Shown here: piece after piece, positions 7,366-12,241 of the stretch | Layout: each line of letters opens with the position of its first letter | How positions within the stretch are numbered: position 1 is the first letter of the stretch | From: Thermoproteota archaeon | Lineage (GTDB): Archaea; Korarchaeota; Korarchaeia; Korarchaeales; Korarchaeaceae | DNA length: 12,241 nt | Direction of reading: 5' to 3' | Assembly (NCBI GenBank): GCA_027491395.1 | Contig: JAOZFI010000008.1 | Span: forward strand, 1-12,241 | Translations under genes and position numbers: made by a program | The notes under the pieces: generated by a model | The model's database searches: none | What the model was told of the DNA's origin: nothing | What the model saw: only the letters and a program-made list of their open reading frames with translations

Positions 7366-7373
7366 TTTAAGTT
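7366..7373 (+). promoter_or_regulatory. Putative TATA box of lig
   Basis: TTTAAGTT 21-28 nt upstream of GTG 7394, with no RBS, consistent with a leaderless mRNA. Confidence 0.45.
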
Positions 7374-7393
7374 CCTTCACCGCCCCTGTACAT

Positions 7394-9016
7394 GTGCTAT
7401 TCAGGGAGCTGGCAGGGCTGGCGAGGAGAATAGCTTCTACGTCATCGAGAAGGGAAAAGGTGGCAATAGTAGCGGAACTCATAAGGAGACTGGATCCTGA
7501 GGAGGCTTACAAGGCTCTCCTCATCCTGACCGGGCGCATTTTCCCTCCCTCTGATCCTAGGGAGTTGAATGTATCTTGGGCTACCCTCTGGAAGGTCGTC
7601 AGCGAGCTTACACGCAGAGGAGAGCCAAAAGGCGTGGATGTCGGTGAGCTAGTGGAGTCCATGCTTAGATCACGGAATAAGAGGCAGACCACTCTGTTCG
7701 AGGAACCCCTGACGATCGACGAGGTTTACAGTCAATTAGAAGCCATAGCGGGGGCTGTAGGGCCGGGATCCAAAGGAAAGAGAGAAGCGATACTCAAGGC
7801 CCTCTTCTCCAGGGTGGAACCGGAGGAGGCTTGGCTCCTAGCCAACGCCATAGTAGGGGAGACTAGGCTGGGCCTGAGCGAGGGTCTTCTCATCGATGCC
7901 ATATCCTATGCATATGGGCATAGAAGGGAGGACGTCGAGAGGGCCGCGATGGTGCTGGGAGATCCCTACGAGATAGTGAGGAGAGGAGGCAGGCTTGAAT
8001 TCAAGCCAGTCGTCTTCCGGCCGATAAGGCCGATGCTGGCCCAGACGGCTGAGAGCGTGAGGGCGGCGATCGCTGAGCTAGGGAGATGCGCCCTCGAGTA
8101 CAAGCTGGACGGGGTCAGGGTTCAGGTCCACATGGGAGGCGGGAGGATCAGGCTCTTCAGTAGGAGGCTTAGTGATATCACCACGAGCGTGCCGGACGTT
8201 GTGGAGTGCGTGAGGAATGGGATCGGGGCGGGCGAGATCATACTAGAGGGAGAGATAATAGCTGAAAGGAATGGGAAACCACTTCCCTTTCAGATGCTCA
8301 TCAGGAGATTCAGGAGGGCGCACTTCGATCCGAAGTTGGTTGAGGAGATACCCCTGAAGCTCTACTTGTTTGATCTTCTACTCCTGAACGGTGAAAACTA
8401 CTTGGAAAAGCCTTATATTGAGAGGAGAGCTAAGCTAGAGGAGGTGGTGAGGGAACCCGTCATCGTAATCCCGTTCGAAGTCGTGTCGGATCCCGAGGAG
8501 GGAGAGAGGTTCATGAAGGAGGCCCTAGATAAGGGACACGAGGGGATCATGGCCAAGAGATTAGACTCTCCATATGTTCCTGGGATCAGGGGAAGGTACT
8601 GGCTCAAGGTCAAGGAAGTGCACACGCTCGATCTGGCTATAGTGGCTGCAGAGAGGGGATACGGGAGGAGACATCGCTGGTACAGCGACTACTACTTGGC
8701 TGCAAGGGATCCGGAGACTGGGGAGTTTCTAATAGTGGGAAAGACCTTCAAGGGATTAACTGATGAGGAGTTCGAGTGGATGACTAAAAGGCTTGAGGAT
8801 CTGACTGTGGAGAGGAGAGGTAAGTTCATCATGGTCAGGCCGGAGATAGTTGTGGAGGTTGCTTTCAACGAGATCCAGAAGAGCCCCAAATACAGAAGCG
8901 GATATGCGTTGAGATTCGCAAGAATCCTCAGGATAAGGGACTACAAAACTCCAGATGAGGTCGACTCATTGGATAGGGTGAGAGAGCTTTACGAGAGGCA
9001 GGGCCGAAAATTGTAA
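7394..9016 (+). CDS. lig: ATP-dependent DNA ligase
   Basis: N-terminal DNA-binding domain; PMLAQ; motif I EYKLDG (K237, codon 8102-8104); ILEGE; LFDLL; EGIMAK; WLKVK; OB-fold motif VI ALRFARILRIRDYK. Confidence 0.97.
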   Translation: MLFRELAGLARRIASTSSRREKVAIVAELIRRLDPEEAYKALLILTGRIFPPSDPRELNVSWATLWKVVSELTRRGEPKGVDVGELVESMLRSRNKRQTTLFEEPLTIDEVYSQLEAIAGAVGPGSKGKREAILKALFSRVEPEEAWLLANAIVGETRLGLSEGLLIDAISYAYGHRREDVERAAMVLGDPYEIVRRGGRLEFKPVVFRPIRPMLAQTAESVRAAIAELGRCALEYKLDGVRVQVHMGGGRIRLFSRRLSDITTSVPDVVECVRNGIGAGEIILEGEIIAERNGKPLPFQMLIRRFRRAHFDPKLVEEIPLKLYLFDLLLLNGENYLEKPYIERRAKLEEVVREPVIVIPFEVVSDPEEGERFMKEALDKGHEGIMAKRLDSPYVPGIRGRYWLKVKEVHTLDLAIVAAERGYGRRHRWYSDYYLAARDPETGEFLIVGKTFKGLTDEEFEWMTKRLEDLTVERRGKFIMVRPEIVVEVAFNEIQKSPKYRSGYALRFARILRIRDYKTPDEVDSLDRVRELYERQGRKL

Positions 9017-9040
9017 ATTTATGAGTGGTTTATCAACCCT

Positions 9041-9376
9041 ATGAATCCCGGAGGGTTTCTGAAGGGCCTATCCCTCCTCTTGGGAATAGGTTACTTGATT
9101 CAGGATATATTACTCATCTTGGTGTTCGGAGGGGCTCCATGGTGGCTGCTCACTGAGAACATATTTCTCGGCTTGGCCTACCTTGCATGGGGGTACTTCA
9201 GGTTGGGGAGGTATCCTGAGATCCCCCTAGTCTGGGTGGCTGGCTGGAATGCCGCTAGAGTGATAGATGCGGCCATAGACTTCTCTAGACCTATATACTT
9301 CACAGTATCTCATGCATTACTGGTGATTCTAGCCGTAATAGTCGGGATCTTGGCTTGGTTCTCACTAAGGGGTTGA
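9041..9376 (+). CDS. Small four-TM membrane protein, hypothetical
   Basis: 111 aa, almost entirely hydrophobic, ATG start 24 nt after the lig stop, host-like codon usage. Confidence 0.7.
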   Translation: MNPGGFLKGLSLLLGIGYLIQDILLILVFGGAPWWLLTENIFLGLAYLAWGYFRLGRYPEIPLVWVAGWNAARVIDAAIDFSRPIYFTVSHALLVILAVIVGILAWFSLRG

Positions 9377-9500
9377 TTGAAGTACCGGGGAACTCTCTAC
9401 CCAATACCGATGCGGAAGCCACATCGTCCAATACTAGTACCCCCACCCGATCGCGCGATATTTCCCGAGAAGACGATATGAGTAGTATCTTCCATCTGAC

Positions 9501-10325
9501 TTATTCAACGAGGTCCCCCTCACTATACCTGTAATAGGAGGAGAATTCATAGAGGTGTTCGTTGTACCACTTTATAGTTCTCCTAAGACCTCTTTCTAGG
9601 TCAACTTTCGGCTCATATCCTATCAAGTACTTCATTCTCCCATTTGCCCTTATGTCAAGAAGATCGAGTGACTCGCCCCTCCTCATGGGCAAGTGGACTA
9701 TCTTGGATGAACTTCCCGTCAGATCAATAATCTTCCTAGCAATATCGATCACCCTCACTGACTGAGCTCTACCTATCTCGACCACTTCGTCGGGCTCAGC
9801 TAAGTACGACCTAATGAGAGCCTGAACGACATCATCGACATATATAGGATCCATGGTCTGCTTCCCTGTTCCGAAGATTTCAACAGGCTCATTTCTTAGG
9901 GAGGCTACTATGAAGTAGGGAATCGCTTTCCTGTATTCGTTGAGATACTCACCAGGCCCATAAACATTGAAGGGTCTTGTTATGATGGTTTTCTACCAAT
10001 ATACCTCTTTATACATGCACAGATACCTCTCGGCATTTTCCTTCGTGATTGTGTACACGTTATTCCTCCAAACATTAGGTTTCGATGTGAATACTATCTT
10101 TTCCACATCCCATCTCCTCATCCCCTCCAATATCCGGAGCATCCCAACTACATTAACCATCTCCGCTTCTACTACCCTATGAAACAGCTCCGTAGTCCCG
10201 AGGAGCCCTGCTAGATGGAAAACACCCTCTATTTCCTCACTCTTGAACAGGCTCTCGAAATCGTAGCTCAAGATGTCTCCCAAAATGAATCTGATGTTAG
10301 GATCCTCTGTGTCGAGGGGCGTCCG
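9501..10325 (-). pseudogene. NAD-dependent epimerase/dehydratase (extended SDR) pseudogene
   Basis: Track ORFs 9993..10283 and 9501..9854 share a frame and are separated by one TAG (9993-9995). Read through, they give GDIL..VFHLAG..VNVVG..YTITK (YxxxK)..RPFNVYGPG..IFGTGKQTMDPIYVDDVV..GLRRTIKWY. The N-terminal GxxGxxG is absent: the frame is closed by TGA at 10338-10340. Confidence 0.88.
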
Positions 10326-10719
10326 CGATAAGGGGATTCAAGGAAGTGTGGAAGTGACCGGTAGAGTTCCATACGAGGCTGTTCACGCATACCTCATGAA
10401 TTCAACACTATTCGTCCTTCCCTCACTTAATGAGGGCCTTCCAAACGCTTTAATCCAAGCTATGGCAGCAGGCCTACCGATCGTCGCATCTAGGGTCGGC
10501 GGCATACCCGAGGCCGTGAGAGACGGCATTGACGGCCTATTAGTTGAACCAGGATCACCAAGTGAATTAGCAGATAGGATGATCAGGATATTAGAGGACA
10601 GGAAACTGGCTCTGAAATTAGCTAAAAATGCCAAATATGCTGCAAAACGTTACAAAGCAGATGATATAGTTGAGAGATATATCAATTTATTCGAGTTATG
10701 CTCGCAGGATTTTAAATAG
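10321..10719 (+). pseudogene. C-terminal fragment of a GT4 glycosyltransferase
   Basis: VEVTGRVPY..LFVLPSLNEGLPNALIQAMAAGLPIVASRVGGIPE..GLLVEPG is only part of the C-terminal Rossmann domain. The track's ATG 10273 lies within antisense epimerase sequence. Confidence 0.82.
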
Positions 10720-11177
10720 GTCTGAAGCAAATTCATCCTGTCTGAATTGTCCGATAAGCGTTAAGAAGAAGGCTAGACTTAGAGAAGGTAACCGGAACTA
10801 TGTGATCTAGGTCTCGCGCGCGACTATGGTTGACGGATAAAGAGAAGCTGCTCCTGTAGATGGCTAGAAAGCTGTACATAGAGGGTTACGAGGGGGAGGA
10901 TGGGGAGATAGTAGTAAATTTGACAAGCTATGGGATCAGGAACCAGCTTGAATCTCTAGTTGGTCCGCTATACTAGTGTAGATTGCGTCAGGACGGATGA
11001 GTTCGAACTACACGCATTATCTAAAAACGGAATTCTCCCAAGAGTTTAGCTCAGAGATCGCTGGGACCAATCAGTATGAGAATGATGTGTCAGCTAGAAG
11101 GATGGGATCTTAGTGACCCCTTTGCCAACAATCACTAGTCTACACAGCTTTATTTTCCCCTCATCCAAGGCGGTAGG

Positions 11178-12056
11178 ATGAAGGTACTGAGGGTTGAGAT
11201 AGTCGGAGGGGAGGGACTCATATACCTAGCGACGAGGATCTCCAGGAAAGTAGGAGGCCCTGAGGAGATAGCTGAGGAGTTGAGTGACGAGAAAAGGGTG
11301 AGGAGGCTCCTCACGAATATCGTGAGGGCGGGTCATTTCTCCGTCTTGGAGCACTCGCTCGTGAGGATCTGGGTGGATGCAAAGTGGAGCGAGATCACTG
11401 ACCTGCTCTTCCACTACAAGTACGTGGAAGCCAGCGAGACGGCTGAAGGCGTGATCGTCTCCATGAATCCTCGAACAGCTCTGGAAATGCTGGGGGATCC
11501 ACGCACCTCTTCCATAGCTAGGGAGGCCCTGAAGACCACCCCGATAGTAGCAGAGGCAGCTGGCATCCGCGTGGATACGAAACCCCTCTTAGATGTGGAG
11601 ATGAGGAGAGTCAGCGAAGATCCCCCGGTCTACGCCTTCAACAGCTCGGGTCACGAGGATCCCAAGCATGGATTCTACTCATTCTGGACGGAGATGTCCC
11701 GCGTCGCGTCGCACCAGTTCGTGAGGCATCGCAGGCTGAGCTTCACCCAGCGTTCAGGAAGGTACACCAAGCCTGACGGGTTCGTGTTCCCCAGAACCGT
11801 CGGCGAAGAGGCCTTGGAGGTGATGAGAAGACATGCGCAGCTCAGCTACGAGGTCTATTCGAGGCTCTTAGGAATGGGCGTAAAGAGAGAAGATGCCAGA
11901 TACGTGCTCCCCGCAGCTTTAAAAACCGCCCTATTCGTCAGCGGGAGACAGTCAGACTGGCATCACTTCTTGGAGTTGAGGACCGATGTCCACGCGCAGG
12001 ATGAGATAAGGAGGTTCGCCCTTGTGGTGGCCGATGTTATGGGGTGGGAGCGCTGA
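11178..12056 (+). CDS. thyX: FAD-dependent thymidylate synthase ThyX, long form
   Basis: GHFSVLEH, SRVASHQFVRHRRLSFTQRSGRY (RHRxxSxxQxSxR motif), EDARYVLP and HFLELRTDVHAQDEIR. TTTATTTT about 25 nt upstream. Confidence 0.95.
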   Translation: MKVLRVEIVGGEGLIYLATRISRKVGGPEEIAEELSDEKRVRRLLTNIVRAGHFSVLEHSLVRIWVDAKWSEITDLLFHYKYVEASETAEGVIVSMNPRTALEMLGDPRTSSIAREALKTTPIVAEAAGIRVDTKPLLDVEMRRVSEDPPVYAFNSSGHEDPKHGFYSFWTEMSRVASHQFVRHRRLSFTQRSGRYTKPDGFVFPRTVGEEALEVMRRHAQLSYEVYSRLLGMGVKREDARYVLPAALKTALFVSGRQSDWHHFLELRTDVHAQDEIRRFALVVADVMGWER

Positions 12057-12068
12057 AGCTGGAGCACT

Positions 12069-12097
12069 GAGATTCGCATTGCAAGGACCCGAATCTC
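12069..12097. terminator. Hairpin between convergent genes, possible terminator
   Basis: Perfect 8-bp inverted repeat GAGATTCG (12069-12076) / CGAATCTC (12090-12097) with a 13-nt loop, 12 nt after the thyX stop. Confidence 0.4.
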
Positions 12098-12136
12098 TCC
12101 CCCAAAATTAGTGACCTTATCTAGTGTCGAGCGATT

Positions 12137-12241
12137 TTAATCGGATTCCGACTCGTCAACGGGATCTATCCTCTCCAGCCTTGGGATGCTGTCGTAGGCC
12201 CTGCGCGCGCGAAATGATATGATCTTGCCGTCCAGATAGAG
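12137..12241 (-). CDS. 3' end of a gene entering from beyond the window (product unknown)
   Basis: Open frame from the window edge: LYLDGKIISFRARRAYDSIPRLERIDPVDESESD-TAA, with host-like codons (ATA, AGG, GAG). Confidence 0.5.
   Translation of the reverse strand, partial: LYLDGKIISFRARRAYDSIPRLERIDPVDESESD

Noticed and set aside
29-10719. Genome-wide TAG reassignment (e.g. pyrrolysine code) suggested by in-frame TAGs at 9993 and 10857
   Set aside because: TAG ends ORFs at natural positions (29, 1155, 1664, 6554, 10717). The vapC TAG sits 6 nt from a convergent gene, and the interrupted frames are in a region that is decayed anyway.
10321-10719. GT4 fragment as a recent duplicate of the 5372..6547 gene
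   Set aside because: Only family-level motifs are shared. Nucleotide sequence and codon usage differ, and the second catalytic-motif Glu is Gln in the fragment.
71-11414. Short antisense or overlapping track ORFs (e.g. 71..259, 1074..1265, 1608..1817, 1965..2219, 2492..2752, 3503..3832, 3601..3810, 4575..4937, 4971..5180, 5594..5944, 5722..5967, 6070..6387, 7270..7500, 7507..7692, 8413..8625, 8692..8889, 9562..9765, 9967..10182, 10383..10634, 11226..11414)
   Set aside because: They overlap well-supported genes, have shadow-frame composition and show no motifs.
11355-11666. Intein in thyX
   Set aside because: No C-terminal His-Asn followed by Cys/Ser/Thr, no recognisable intein block A/B and no LAGLIDADG motifs.

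Overview
Gene-dense window from what looks like a thermophilic archaeon (inferred from AGG/ATA-rich codon usage, TATA boxes ~25 nt before apparently leaderless starts, GGAGGTGA-type RBS and an archaeal ATP-dependent ligase). From left to right it contains: a minus-strand cluster of a DUF4097/Toastrack membrane protein, a LiaI/LiaF-like membrane protein, an ArsR-type wHTH fused to a multi-pass membrane domain and two small membrane proteins; a coiled-coil plus PD-(D/E)XK-like protein with a perfect 42-bp tandem duplication; a membrane protein + HTH operon with a palindromic operator over its start and a G6 homopolymer frameshift; a GT4 glycosyltransferase; a vapBC pair; DNA ligase; a small membrane protein; a decayed, AT-richer glycosylation remnant in which a 5'-truncated epimerase (with an internal TAG) abuts a 5'-truncated GT4 back to back; a long-form thyX; and the 3' end of a gene entering from the right. 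I found no rRNA, intact tRNA, CRISPR array or transposase. The best candidates for an under-described system are the Lia/Psp-like envelope-stress module with a membrane-tethered regulator and the possibly autoregulated or phase-variable operon at 4085-5157. All family assignments come from motif recognition, not database searches.
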